A DNA stretch of 64,000 nt, taken from the NCBI GenBank assembly GCA_963663405.2, contig CAXXSM010000004.1, positions 29,450-93,449 on the forward strand. The letters run 5' to 3'. The notes under the pieces are model-generated. The model did no database searches. It had not been told where the DNA came from and saw nothing but the letters and a program-made list of their open reading frames with translations. How positions within the stretch are numbered: the first letter of the stretch is position 1; each line of letters opens with the position of its first letter. This document shows positions 50,489 to 63,596 of the stretch, in pieces. Source of the DNA: a bacterium (GTDB lineage Bacteria > Hinthialibacterota > Hinthialibacteria > Hinthialibacterales > Hinthialibacteraceae). A program made the position numbers and the translations under genes.

Positions 50489-51922
50489 ATGATTTATTTC
50501 TTTATTTTGTTGATAGGTATACTCACTTCTCCAATTTCTGCGAATCCGGAGAGTGATTGGGATCATCCTTTTGCCAACAGGAGATCCAGCGCATTTTTAG
50601 AATTTCCTTTCACTGAAAAGAACATACAGAATTTCTTAAATGTTGACTCTATTCATATCCCTAAGGTCATCGAAAATCTGTTGTGCGCCGATCTGGATCA
50701 GGATGGAATGCAAGAAGTGATCGGCCAATCGGTTGATCACCAGAACATTTATATTATCGATTTTACAACCCAATCCATTGACACGATCCCAATGATTGGC
50801 TCCACAAAACCATCGATTCACCTTAGCGCTTTGGTTGATGTTGATAACGATCAAGTAAAAGACGTTTTATACTCAGCCTATTTCAACGGTAAAACAGAAC
50901 ATCGAGCCTATAGTGTCTTAAATGAAAGTCATCTCTTTCAAATTCCTGGGAAAGATGAGAATGCAAACGAGAAGATTTTTACGGCAGTGGATATCAATTA
51001 TGATGGTTCTCTCGAATTGATTACTTACGAGAATACGGAGAACGCTAATAACTTTGTGAGAATGTATGATATATCACGAAAAAACCATAAAACAACAATC
51101 GATTTTCCCGCTCCCATTTCACCGGCGGTTATGGCGATCATTCAAGATGATCTGTTCAAGGAATCGTATCTGATTCTAGCGGCGACCAATTTACCCGATC
51201 TCTCTCAATCTACATCTTCTACCTCTATATACGCCTATCTGTTCAGCCAAGAATCGGATGAGCCTGTTTTGCTGTGGGAGCAGCCGATTCGGTCTGATCT
51301 GTTTATCTCTCGTTTAACTATCGGTCAATCCAATTATGGCGATCCCATTGTGATCGCGGGAACCGCGCTTCATCAGGATTCCGATGCGAGTATTCCCCGG
51401 TCGGTATTCCTGTTGGATCTGTTTGACGGCCGGTTTATTCGTGAATTTGTTCTACAGCAGGAAGATTGCCTGACTCTTTCGGTCGGGAACTGGGATGAAG
51501 ATGAGGAATCGGAGATCGTTTTTTTTACAAGCGGTTCGAATCTCAACTGGATGAATCCATCGCAGAATCGTGTCCGGGTTTTCACTGTTTTGAACGCCGA
51601 ACCGTTTTCTGGAGCGGCCAATATGCAATGGAATCCATTTGCGGAAATCCCAGCCGTACAAAAAGTAGGAGAGCGATTCATTCTATATATTTTTACGGAA
51701 GATTTATCGACCGCTGGAATCCCTCCTTACTATATTCCAGGTACGCTCAAGAGGACACCGATATTGGGTGACACTGATGGCAATGGAGCCGCGGAAGTTA
51801 TTTTTGTGACAGAAAATCAATCCAGTTTCTTAAACCGAATCTACTTCAATGACCCAAACACAACACCGGCGCCCACTCCAACTCCAGTGAATAGCGTGGT
51901 TGAGAATTGGAAAAATCATTAA
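50489..51922 (+). CDS. Secreted FG-GAP/VCBS-repeat protein
   Basis: Signal peptide; ADLDQDGMQEV, DVDNDQVKD, DINYDGSLEL, GDTDGNGAAEV; PT linker and short tail. Confidence 0.85.
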   Translation: MIYFFILLIGILTSPISANPESDWDHPFANRRSSAFLEFPFTEKNIQNFLNVDSIHIPKVIENLLCADLDQDGMQEVIGQSVDHQNIYIIDFTTQSIDTIPMIGSTKPSIHLSALVDVDNDQVKDVLYSAYFNGKTEHRAYSVLNESHLFQIPGKDENANEKIFTAVDINYDGSLELITYENTENANNFVRMYDISRKNHKTTIDFPAPISPAVMAIIQDDLFKESYLILAATNLPDLSQSTSSTSIYAYLFSQESDEPVLLWEQPIRSDLFISRLTIGQSNYGDPIVIAGTALHQDSDASIPRSVFLLDLFDGRFIREFVLQQEDCLTLSVGNWDEDEESEIVFFTSGSNLNWMNPSQNRVRVFTVLNAEPFSGAANMQWNPFAEIPAVQKVGERFILYIFTEDLSTAGIPPYYIPGTLKRTPILGDTDGNGAAEVIFVTENQSSFLNRIYFNDPNTTPAPTPTPVNSVVENWKNH

Positions 51923-52020
51923 TTTTTTTGACCAAATTTTGATTTGAAGTCGACTATCCAATATAGATAGGTGTAATCGTTTTTATATACGAATAAAACT
52001 TATAGTCGAAGTGCCCTTAG

Positions 52021-52638
52021 TTGATCGCGTTACTCATATTGGTCTTTAGAATGGAAACGATTCCGAAATTTCATGAGGAAACTATTCAATCATCACATTT
52101 GAGCCTGGAAAAACTGTTAGGCGCTGGATCCGAATATGCGTTCCGGAAAATAATCCGTTTGTTCCAAGATCCATTACGGAAATTTGTGATTGGTCAAACT
52201 GGGATCATTGAAGAAGTGGATGATATTGTGCATGATTCATTTCTGTTGCTGTGGACCAATTATGTGTTGAAAGGAAAGACCATCTACAATGCTCGCGCTC
52301 TTCTGTTCCAAATTGCGCATCATTCGTGTATCAATCATATCCGGCGGGAACGGATTGCCCAGATATTTCGCTGTAAAGGAAGCGACGCGGAACCGGTTGC
52401 GACTCCGTGCGAAAGACTCGATGAGAAGGAAAAAAACTCTATAGCCCTACAGATATTTTTCCGGCTGCCAAGGAAAGACCGGGAAATTTTAACGTTATAC
52501 TATATCGAACAAATTCCATGAGAAGAAATCGCAAACATTCTTTCGATCCATTTTGAGGCTGTAAATAGCCGCCTGCGGCGCGCGCGCTCAAAATTGAATA
52601 CCCTTTTTCATCAAAAATGGAGTAATTCTGATGAATAA
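52021..52638 (+). pseudogene. ECF sigma factor with in-frame TGA (52519-52521) in region 4
   Basis: DDIVHDSF...LFQIA...INHIRR; after TGA the frame continues EEIANILSI...VNSRLRRARSKL to TAA at 52638. Confidence 0.88.
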
Positions 52639-53386
52639 AGAAAAAAGTGATTCCATCGTTGATTCTTTGATGGATAAAGTTTCAAATGAAATCCAATCTC
52701 GGATCCCGACCCAGAATCTAGAATCCAGAATTCTACATTCCATTCATGACATTGAATCGAAATCGCATTTCTCGTGGCGAACGGCGCCCATTACTGTGTC
52801 CGTTTCGATTTTCATTCTTTTCCCCATTGCTATTTATTGCTTCTATGCGCCACAATCAAGTCTGAAAATGAAGATAATACACGGCCAAGGAGCCATCCAT
52901 ATCGATGACAAAGAACAGATCGCCGGCGCCAATGAATTCAAATTACCTGTCCATAGCGTAATCACCACTCTAAACAATCAAATTTATGCGCAACTGAATC
53001 AAGAGACCGCCATAATTCTCGATCGAAATACGACAATTCAGTATGATGAGAACCAGCAAATTCAATTCATAGAAGGCCGATTACAGTATATACACACGGA
53101 TGATACTGAACCAGAATGGAGTATCAGAACATCGATTGCGGATGTCCAAGCATTGGGAACGGAATATTGTATTGTGCTTGAAAATCAGAAAATATTTTTG
53201 GACGTATTCGAGGGAAGAGTACAAGTTCTAACTCAATCATATCGGAAAGAAATTCAATCTGGAGAGTCATTCACTATTGATCGAAACCAATGCGTGAAGC
53301 GAGACCAATTCATGAACCAAAAAGTATGGTGGAATGAAACAGAGACAATTCCTTGGACTCAATTATTGAGAAGATCGAAAAAATAA
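52631..53386 (+). CDS. FecR-domain anti-sigma factor
   Basis: One TM helix; VQALGTEY...LDVFEGRV; overlaps the sigma gene end. Confidence 0.85.
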   Translation: MNKEKSDSIVDSLMDKVSNEIQSRIPTQNLESRILHSIHDIESKSHFSWRTAPITVSVSIFILFPIAIYCFYAPQSSLKMKIIHGQGAIHIDDKEQIAGANEFKLPVHSVITTLNNQIYAQLNQETAIILDRNTTIQYDENQQIQFIEGRLQYIHTDDTEPEWSIRTSIADVQALGTEYCIVLENQKIFLDVFEGRVQVLTQSYRKEIQSGESFTIDRNQCVKRDQFMNQKVWWNETETIPWTQLLRRSKK

Positions 53387-53492
53387 TTGGATTTTTATAT
53401 CCCACTTGACAAAGACATCTTGAATCCGGTAGAGTGAAAAAAATGATACATCGCTATTTAGAAAAGTATGAATTTTTAGCAAAATTATCCGG

Positions 53493-54101
53493 ATGCGTGG
53501 TATATTTTGTAATAAATCATCCTTCACTCTTACTGAACTCATTATCTCGATCTCAATTCTATCGATTTTGAGTCTGATAACGATTGCTTCCTATCATCAC
53601 ATTGTATCCCGCGCCAAAATCGCTCAATTACATTCGAAATGTCACGTTCTCTCACAGCGGTATATCGAATTCTATACGGCAAATCAACGCTACCCAGAAG
53701 ATCTCGTATTTATTCCTCCTCCTACATGGGGAGATGGTTCTATTGAATGGACAAGCGCATTCAACGCGTATAATTTCTTTTACTTATCTTTATCGAAGGA
53801 CCTGGGCCAGATCTTTTTCCATGATCCATTCCCAGATCGCTACGAGGATGAATACTTCCTTGTCGCTTCCTCAAAAAAAGAACTCAACGATCAATTCACG
53901 TTCCGAGGGGGCGATCAAAAAGGATGCGTAATCGTCAGCCGCGGCCCTAATTCATTTATGGAGAAAACATCATCCTACAGTATCGAATCAGAACAAATAA
54001 TTTTTGATCTAACAAACGGTATGAATAGCGCGGGCGACCTATTCATCACCATTCCAAATAATTCCACTCCTGAATTTTATGAATCGAGTTATAGCAGGTA
54101 A
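53493..54101 (+). CDS. Prepilin-type (type IV pilin / T2SS pseudopilin-like) protein
   Basis: SFTLTELIISISILSIL; C-terminal SRGPN...FDLTNG..S.GDL. Confidence 0.8.
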   Translation: MRGIFCNKSSFTLTELIISISILSILSLITIASYHHIVSRAKIAQLHSKCHVLSQRYIEFYTANQRYPEDLVFIPPPTWGDGSIEWTSAFNAYNFFYLSLSKDLGQIFFHDPFPDRYEDEYFLVASSKKELNDQFTFRGGDQKGCVIVSRGPNSFMEKTSSYSIESEQIIFDLTNGMNSAGDLFITIPNNSTPEFYESSYSR

Positions 54102-54216
54102 ACTGATTACCTGACGCCGTATGTTGAAAGATTCCTACTCATCAGATTTTATGTTTCTTTTTTTTGTGAAAAGAACAGCCTTAAGGATTCTTTTCTGTGG
54201 ATCGTATAGAATGCGT

Positions 54217-57200
54217 TTATAAACACTCTTCAACAATTCCCAAATCCAATAACTCTTCATACAACCAATACGGTACTTCCAGTAAATTGACCTGATCGCC
54301 GCAGTCGATGATGATTACGATTGGAAGTTGTGGATAGGTTATGTAATCAGGTTGAATCTCGTTCGTGCACACATAATCATGGATCCAATTCACGAGCGTT
54401 GGCTGCCAAGTGATTCCGCCGCCTTCGATGGATCCTGCGTCCCAAGGAAATTGATAGTCAAATCCATTAAATAACAACATCCAGATTACCGCCTGAATAT
54501 CGTTGTTTGTAACATTAAACACTTCTCCATTGATTTCAATTCCACTGGAGAAAAAGTCCGTTCGATATAAAAACAACAGGTCATTCACTAAAGGAAAGTT
54601 GGCTGGATTCCCAACGAGGTAGCAACTGGACGCCGTAAGTGAAGAATAACATCCAGTATTATCGTACCACCATCCCATTTTGATCGGCGTATCCAAATCG
54701 GCGCACCATCCGGGATAATTGAGTTTCCCACCAACTGCTAATGTTGGAATGAACCAAGCGTCAAAATATCCTTGTTCCCCTGGCCAATATTTCCCGCTTC
54801 CTTCGCCCAGGCCGTCTCCATTCACGAGATAATTATTGTTGATATTGAATATTCCATTTTGAGAGACGATGACAATGACCCAATCGGTGTCAGACTCAAC
54901 TCCATCTGATACAGTCAGTGAAATGGAATAGAAGCCAACAGGGAGGATGAAATCGATCTTATTTTCAGATGTTGTCGTTGTTGGAATACCGTTTCCAGAC
55001 CATGTGTATGTCAACGCATCGCCATCAGGATCAACCGATCCGCTTCCATCCAAGGTCACCTGAATTTCAAGCGCATCACCACAATCAAGAGATTGATCGG
55101 TACCAGCGTCCGCTACGGGAGCCGAGTTTCCAGAGTCAGAATTCCCTACAAAAACATCATCACCACCCAGCAGTGGATTCACTTCTCCAATCGGCCCCAT
55201 TCCAGTGGGAGTAAACCACTCCGACACAGGCAATTCTGTTATTCCATTTGTAAGGTATTGTTCGGTATGTCCAAGGAGAAACATAGACGCGTGATCGTGC
55301 AATTCCTGAAATGTTAGACCATCGGCTTTCAAATCCGCTCTTGGAATCCCCACAGCCGTCTGTGTAAGGCCATCAATTAAACCGAGAGTATAGATAGCGC
55401 GGCCGTTGTCGATGTTTCGATATGAATGCTCAAATTCTCCAGAGGAGGCGAGTAATGTGCAGTTTGGTACAGAAGAAAGAGCGTCATTCCAAAAACCACC
55501 TGAATAACAAGTATCCAATATAATAATCTTCTCAACGGTTTCCGGTAAACTATCTTTCAATAGATTTCCCAAGTCTTCATCAACAATCATATCACCAAAT
55601 GTGTTCCCCAATCCGCTATTGAAAGGTTCTCCCACACTTAAAGCTTGGGCCGTGCTGTCAGGTTGATCGGTTGCGCCATGGCCAGAGTAGTAAAACACAA
55701 ACGTACCTGTAGGCGCATATAATTCCATGTATTCTCCAATTCTTTCCAAAGCGTTGATGATTGCTTGCGCGTTGACATCTTCATTTTTAGGGATTGGACT
55801 TTCGTATTCGAGTTCCATGATTGTGTCGATACCGTCAATCTCAGAAAATTGCATATACTCATCAAGCATCGCTTCTAAACAACGGGCGTCCGCATGCGCG
55901 TCATTTGGCAAATTTGGTAACGAAATCCATCCATAATCAACAAGATGAAAACCATGATGAGAACCAATGAATAATCCATAGTTAATTTTTTCGTATGTGG
56001 TTGAACTAGATTCATTAGAGTATTCTGATAATCCATTTTTATTAAAGGCTAGTATACGATATATGTATGTTGTGTTTGAAAGTAAGCATGTATCTCTATA
56101 TGTCGTGACATTGGACTTTACTTGATTAATCTCCTGCCAAGTTCCTATATCCATTATCCTTCGTTCGATCTTAAATCCTTCTTCATCATCAGAGTTATCT
56201 TGCCAAGATAACTGTATTCGATCCGATGATATTGTTTTAGATATTAAATATGATGGTGTGTTTGGTATTGACAAATGCTCATGATATATCGTTCCATCTT
56301 CAGCATAAGAATGATATCCATATCCACCTTTTGAAGATATTGTACCATTAAAGTCATTAGAATTATAATATATAGCTATTCGCCCACCACCACCACCACC
56401 AGCATTAAAATTTTTTGAATGCTTTGATCCTCCATTAGCTGATATGATACCATTTCCATTTATCATAGATGCGATAATGTAAACACTCCCACCAGATCCA
56501 CCGCCACTACCATAATAACTATAATCTTTATAAGTATATGTACCATTTGCTCCATTCGATGTTATTTCACCATTATTACTTAAAATTCCATTAATTTCTA
56601 ATTTGATAAGACCACCGCCCCTTCCACCATGCGTTCCATAACGTGTATTTTTACCTCCGCCACTTCCAAAATTAGAAGGTTCTGTTACAGACCCATATGT
56701 CATCCCTCCATTATTTCCTTCTGAACTACTTCCTCCATGACCACCATAACCACCACCTCCTCCATTATAATATCCATCACCACCAGCTCCTGGTCCTGAT
56801 TCCGGTCCATAACCTTGTCCATTAGATGATATTGTAGATTCATTTTCAATAATCAAATCTCCACCTACAGAACAAGTAATATTTGCTTCTATTTTTGAGT
56901 CACTTTTTAATTCACCATTACCTGTAATATTTAAATTAATTGGCTTACTTGATATAATTTCTCCACCTGATGATAATAATAAGTTATTTCCTATATCGAA
57001 ACCAAAATATCCTATCATACTACCATTGATTTTTATGTCATTCGACACATCTATTACCAATATTTTATTTATGCTATTAGTAAAAGAACATTCAGATCCA
57101 AGTTCAAAATTATGTGTGTTTATCTTGTCTAAATTTGATGCATTAAGATCTACTCCTGAATTGAATATCATATTTTTAAAAGAAATATTCTTTATGTTAT

Positions 57201-60200
57201 CTAGATCAGTTGGAGCGCTCTTAATATTATTATATGGGTTGGCTATTAACAAATCTCCAAATTCTTCTATAGACGCTTTTAAATAGATTGTTCCTGCCCC
57301 ACCATAAACATATCCGACATAAGATTGTGGACCACAATATCCTCCATAAGATGTAATTGTTCCACTAAATTTATTTGTGTCATAATAAACAGCTATACGT
57401 CCACCACCTCCTCCACGAGCAAAATAAACTTTTGAATACTTTGAACCACCATTTGTAGATATAATACCATTCCCTTCTATCGTTGACGCAATTATGTAGA
57501 CACTTCCACCCGATCCACCACAACTACCATTATAATTATAATCTTGATATGTACATCCTCCATTAGAACCATTTGAGGTAATCGATCCATTTAAACGTAA
57601 AGTCCCAGAAATATAAAACTTTATTGCCCCACCACCACGTCCTCCATATACTCCATATTGAACATTGCGACCTCCACCACTTCCTAGATCTGTTGGTTCG
57701 GTTATTGAACCATATGTTATCCCACCATCTGTACCTATACCACCACTTCCTCCATAACTTCCTCCGAAACCATCTGCACCGGCTCCAGGACCAGAACCTG
57801 GTCCATAACCTTGTCCATCAGAGGATATTGAAGCATCATTTTCAATAATCAAATCTCCGCCTATAGAACAAGTAATATTTGCTTCTATTTTTGAGTCACT
57901 TTTTAATTCACCATTACCTGTAATATTTAAATTAATTGGCTTACTTGATATAATTTCTCCACCTGATGATAATAATAAATTATTTCCTATATCGAAACCA
58001 AAATATCCTATCATACTACCATTGATTTTCATGTCATTTAACACATCTATTACCAATTTTTTATTAATACTATTAGTAAAAGAACAATCCGATCCAAGTT
58101 CAAAATTTTGTGTGTTTATCTTGTCTAAATTTGATGCATTAAGATCTACTCCTGAATTGAATATCATATTTTTAAAAGAAATATTCTTTATGTTATCTAG
58201 ATCAGTTGGAGCGCTCTTAATATTATTATATGGAGATGAGTTGGCTATTAACAAATCTCCAAATTCTTCTATAGACGCTTTTAAATATATTGTTCCTGCC
58301 CCACCATAAACATATCCGACATTTGATTGGTGACCACAATATCCACCATAAGATGTAATTGTTCCACTAAATTTATTTGTGTCGTAATAAACAGCTATAC
58401 GTCCACCACCTCCTCCACGAGCAAAATAAACTTTTGAATACTTTGAACCACCATTTGTAGATATAATACCATTCCCTTCTATCGTAGACGCAATTATGTA
58501 GACACTTCCACCCGATCCCCCACAACTACCATTATAATTATAATCTTGATATGTACATCCTCCATTAGAACCATTTGAGGTAATCGATCCATTTAAAAGT
58601 AAAGTCCCAGAAATATAAAACTTTATGGCTCCACCACCACGTCCTCCATATACTCCATATTGAACATTGCGACCTCCTCCACTTCCTAGATCTGATGGTT
58701 CGGTTATTGAACCATATGTTATCCCACCATCAGCACCTATACCACCACGTCCTCCATAACTTCCTCCGAAGCCGTCTCCACCGGCTCCAGGACCAGAACC
58801 TGGTCCATAACCTTGTCCATCAGAGGATATTTTAGACTTCAAATCTACATTTAAATTTTCACAATAAATATCTACTCTCCCCGCACATGTTAAAGTTGCG
58901 TTATTTGTTATATGGAGATTATCACATTTATAAGCCCCTTCCACCCAAGTAGTATTTTCGCTAATCGTTACATCCTGATAAATATTATTGAACGTCCTAG
59001 AACTAGATTCATTTGAATATACAGATTTTTTATTGATATCATAAGCATAGACACGGTATGTATAGATTGTTTCAGGAAGTAAACCTGTATCTTGATATGT
59101 TGTAACATCTTTCGAAACATCATTGATCACTTCCCATGTTTCATCAGAGTCATTTTTTCGTTCTATTATAAAGCCATCTTCATTATATGAGTTGTCTTGC
59201 CATTGCAAATTAATATTTAGTGAGGAGGTAGCTGTAGCAAGAAGATTTGTTGGTGGTTCGATAATTTCATCCTTAAATAATAATTCAATATTATCTATCG
59301 AAACGTATCCACTTAAAGGACTTTCTTCATCATTTAACTTGTAGCGAAATGATATTTTCCAAACATTCCCAGGGATATCAGAAAAATCGTTGCTGAAAGT
59401 ATAGTTTAGTGTTTTTGGTTCATCGTCTATTGAATTCAAATAAAAAAAATCATATATTCTTTCACTATCTGATTGCAAATCAATAAATGAAATCACAATC
59501 CGATCATAAGGATATGGAACTGAAATGACTTTTTTGTCAAATTTAAAACCTATCGTATTTTTTGGAATATAAGATACATTGTGAGACAGATTTGAATATG
59601 ATTTATTTAAAATAACATGATTTTGATATGGTTCTTCATTATAAAATTCTCCACCTTGTTGACTCCATCCTGGAAAAGTATTGTTATTATAAAAAGAAAA
59701 GTCACCAAAAAGTAACCAAGAGTATCCAGCTTCTATAGTTATTTCACCATTATCAATATCATATTCTCTATGAATATTTTCATATCCTGGCCTTACACCA
59801 ATAGTATGATCTGTACGAATTATTTCACTTGGAGTTCCATAACAATTTTTTAATCTTGAATGGTCATATCCATAATAATAATTATTATTGAATGGATACC
59901 ATTCATTTCTGTAACCTTCGATAATACCTGAATCACCGTCATTATCTGCAAGTTTATCAATGGAACCGTGATACCACGTATGAATGTATGAATGGTCCAT
60001 ACACTTTTTTTCATCAGTATCATAGTAGCCTGTCCCCTCTGAATTTAAATGAGAAAGATCTTTAGCAAATAGGCATCCAGGTAAAGCGTTACAGAGCTTT
60101 TGGGTATCTGACAAGTCCAATCCTATTGGATGTAAAAGATTAGTTGCATTTCTTTGGTAATAGACATCCATATAACCAACATTTTTCCAACACTCAACAC

Positions 60201-62963
60201 CAGCGCCTTTAGAATTTACTAAATAATCTTGAGCATCAAAAAATACATGATCTTCAGGATCTTTATCAGTTAGATCGAGAGTATTTGGTAAAAACCATGG
60301 ATGTGGATCAAGCATTGTAACATGGATTTCACGATCGATTTTATTATGAAGATTTAGTGGTAAAAAAGCTTCATTATCAACATCAGAAACACGATCAAGT
60401 CGTTCAATTGTCTCACTATTCACAATACAACCACGACTATGCCCAATAAAATGTAAATGTTCTAAACTCCAAAGACTATCCAAAGCTCCGCGGATTAATA
60501 ATGCAAATAATGAATCGCCAGCAGCTTCTGAATATCCATATTTATCCCAATCAGATTCTTCGATCCAATCAAATATGATTACATTTTCTCTAAGAGGATC
60601 AAAGTTTTCTTTCAAAGCTATATCAAAGTATTTTTTGATAACATCTTTATCAATATCAGATTCATCACCAATTTCGGGATCTGATAGAATATCATTACAG
60701 TTATATCCATATTTTAGAGTATATATTATCCCTTTTCTTAGAAAAAAAACACGTTTATTTGCAGACGGTATTGCCCCTGCCATACTGAATTGCCATTTAT
60801 AAGCTTTCCATTCAGTAGAACCGGTAAAATTCAGTTTATAGCCATGTGTGATGATAGTTGTACCATAGGTAATATTGCAATCTCGGGGAAGAAAAATCCT
60901 GAATCCACCAGAATTTCCTGGATCACTGGGATCGTACGTATGATTTTTACTACGAAATGCGGAGCGACATCGTTTCGCGTTGCTAGCCCAAGTACCACTT
61001 TTTGCTACACGCTGAATTCCATTCAATGGTCCAATCGGATCAATTTGAGATCCTCGGCTATAGGGATCTTCCCACCAATCATTGCACCATTCCCAAACAT
61101 TACCGTGCATATCGTATAATCCCCATGAATTAGGAAGTTTCAATCCAACTACTTTTGATCCATATGGATTGAATTTAGTTCCATACCACCACATATATTG
61201 ATCGTGCGTTTCACAAATCGTGGTATCATCTTCATCTACGCAATTTAGTACATCTCCATGTGAAAATCTTGTTTTTGTACCCGCTCTACATGCATATTCC
61301 CATTCGGCTTCTGTTGGTAACCTGTATCCATTTGCGTTCCAATCTGTCTCCCATGTATATTCGTTATAAACAGGTGTACGACCGTCAATCTCACTCAAAC
61401 GATTACAAAAAATAGCGCAGTCGTACCAATTTAGATAATATGCAGGATAATTATACCCTATTCCAAAATTCTCTGCAGGATTATTCCCCATAACTGCTTC
61501 CCACTGAGCCTGTGTAATCTCATATTTACCTAAGTAAAAATCATTTGATATCATTACTTGGTGATCTGACCATTCAAATTCTGATTCACGACCTCGTTCA
61601 TCTACTGGACTTCCCATTATAAATGATCCAGATGGTATCAAAGCCATCTCTAACGATTTTGCACCATCAGGTAATCCAGGTATAGAAATTGTAATATTTG
61701 AATTTCCTACAATGAGATGTATTTCTTTTTCTGAGAGTAATACATCATTTAATTGAAGTTGGACTTTTAACGTATGGACACCATCCGCTTCATAGCCAAT
61801 ATGCCATAGAAATTTATAAGGCTCAACATTATCAATATATCTTTCTTCGCCATCAACATAGAATATGAAACATGAGTTAGTCAGGGATCGTTCAGCAATT
61901 AGAGTTGTATCTACATCAATTTCATACTCATTTCCAAAAATATCATCATAGTCAATGATAGGCGTATTATTATGAGCTAAAGATAATTCAATATGAGTAT
62001 CTTCCCAAAACAATTTAAAAAGCGCCGCGGTATACTGAAACGCAAGCGGCATGAGTTGATCAGCGATTTCACGGCAAGTTGTATCTGAATTTTCCGTAGA
62101 TTCACGGATATTTTCCTCAAATTTCCAATATTCTTCGAAATTATTATCCCAAATATCATAGTGATCTGGTAAATCATTTCCTGACTCATTATCACTTGCG
62201 ACATATTGAGTGATCTGAGCTAAATCATAGAAAATATCATGCAAATTATTAAAATCTGCTATTTGTTCATCTCCATAAGCATTCCAGTCATATGGATGAT
62301 CGCCTACAAAATCTTCATAATGATCTGGATTGATTATTGGAGGATGTAAATCGAGATGAACATGCGCAGGTACAGACATATCTGCTAAAAGATGCGCGGC
62401 GCGGCCAAGATAGTAGTAGGCCAATCCTTTTTCATCTCGTTTATAAAGAGAAATAGCTCCTTCAAATGTATAAGGGACTAAATACCATACTATAGAAGAA
62501 GAAATGACATCAAATTTATATAATTCACCTGAACCTCCATAAAGATATAAATATGCTATCTCATAGGCGCTTTTATCGATAAAATATCCTTTAGAATCTC
62601 CTTGATCAGGATCCCAGAAGTGATGAAAGAAATTATCAGAATTGATCGCAGCAAGAAACCAATTATCACTAGGTTGATTTCTTAAAACATCATAGAAATC
62701 TTCTTCTTGAGCTCCTTCAACAATATCATCGCCAGTGGTGTAATTTACTGGAACATTTCCATTATCAAGAAAAATAGAAAATTCATCCTTAGCTTCCTGA
62801 TTGTCGCTATTGTAGGGCCAAATATAATGAGCTTGCCGAACGATTTGTTGATGGACCGGCTTTTCGTCAGAACTTTTATGACTATAAACACTTGGAACAA
62901 TAAAGAAGAAAAAAAAAAAATAGCCATACAACTACATGAATGAAAAAAACTGGAACGTTTCAT
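54217..62963 (-). CDS. Giant secreted multidomain protein: Zn-PLC/P1-nuclease-like, Ig, FGE, alpha/beta hydrolase, FN3, three Gly-rich repeats, FN3, caspase-like, PKD; start region probably frameshifted
   Basis: HHFWDP, YYYLGRAAHLLADMSVPAH, HYE; RLPTEAEWEYA; IGHSRG; WQDNS..E.GF.IER; YSGHG...LDTCYSG; N.APVADAG. ATG at 62963 is out of frame with the 2904-aa ORF across T7 and T12 runs. Confidence 0.88.
56290..58830 (-). repeat. Intragenic tandem repeat: two near-identical ~1-kb units plus a diverged partial third
   Basis: Anchor GA(G/T)GATAT at 56825, 57821 and 58823 (periods 996 and 1002 bp). Confidence 0.92.
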
Positions 62964-63354
62964 TATTTAAATATCCTTTTTTGATCAAGATATCTATCCA
63001 ACGAAATAATTTCATTGAGTCGATTAAGTTTTTCATTTGAGATTTAGAAAGAGGATTCACCACTCGTGTACTGGTTTTTCCCCTTAGTGATCGGTTTAAG
63101 AAAAAGAGAGATTTCACTGAGCATGAATTTCTTACTATATCGATTCTTTTTAAATCAAGAACCCCATGATTAAGGAAAATAAAAAAAAGCATTATATCGT
63201 TACATGCTCAGTACCAAATAATTCTGCTTTCCCATCAATCACAAAATTTCATTCTCCATTCAAAGACATTTGAGTTTTAATTGAACCAAAAGCCCAACCG
63301 AAGTATGAACGCGTTGACCGAAATTTACCCGTGTAGCATTCCTAGAATGTCTTT

Positions 63355-63580
63355 TTGATTATTAAGTCGATTTCCAAGAAATTTCTGGTCAAAATTTTCT
63401 CATTTTTTATAAAAAAGTTGAAAGAAAAATTTCAATCCCAAAAATAGATTCGAAAGACTTGGTGCTTTTGTACTTGAGGATGGAATACCGGATATTGAAG
63501 ATCAAGCAATTCGCAGTCCAGGAGGCTACTTCATTACGAACCGTCCACAAGCGGATGGCCAAACTGTATTCAATGTCATT
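63355..63580 (+). pseudogene. Degenerate second copy of the 48065-48280 region (Replic_Relax-like start)
   Basis: ATTAAGTCG...GAAATTTCTGGTCA...GATTCGAAAGACTTG; encodes QKIDSKDL...EYRIL.IKQ.AV.E...RTV..RM.KL without a start codon. Confidence 0.75.
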
Positions 63581-63596
63581 AAGTTAGCGAGTTTGC

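Noticed and set aside
52519-52521. Stop-codon recoding or selenocysteine
   Set aside because: TGA is a normal stop in many genes here, the position is not catalytic, and the other nonsense codon (9343) is TAA.
46700-61100. Diversity-generating retroelement targeting the two FGE domains
   Set aside because: No reverse transcriptase in the window and no template repeat with adenine-specific differences seen; both FGE domains are internal.
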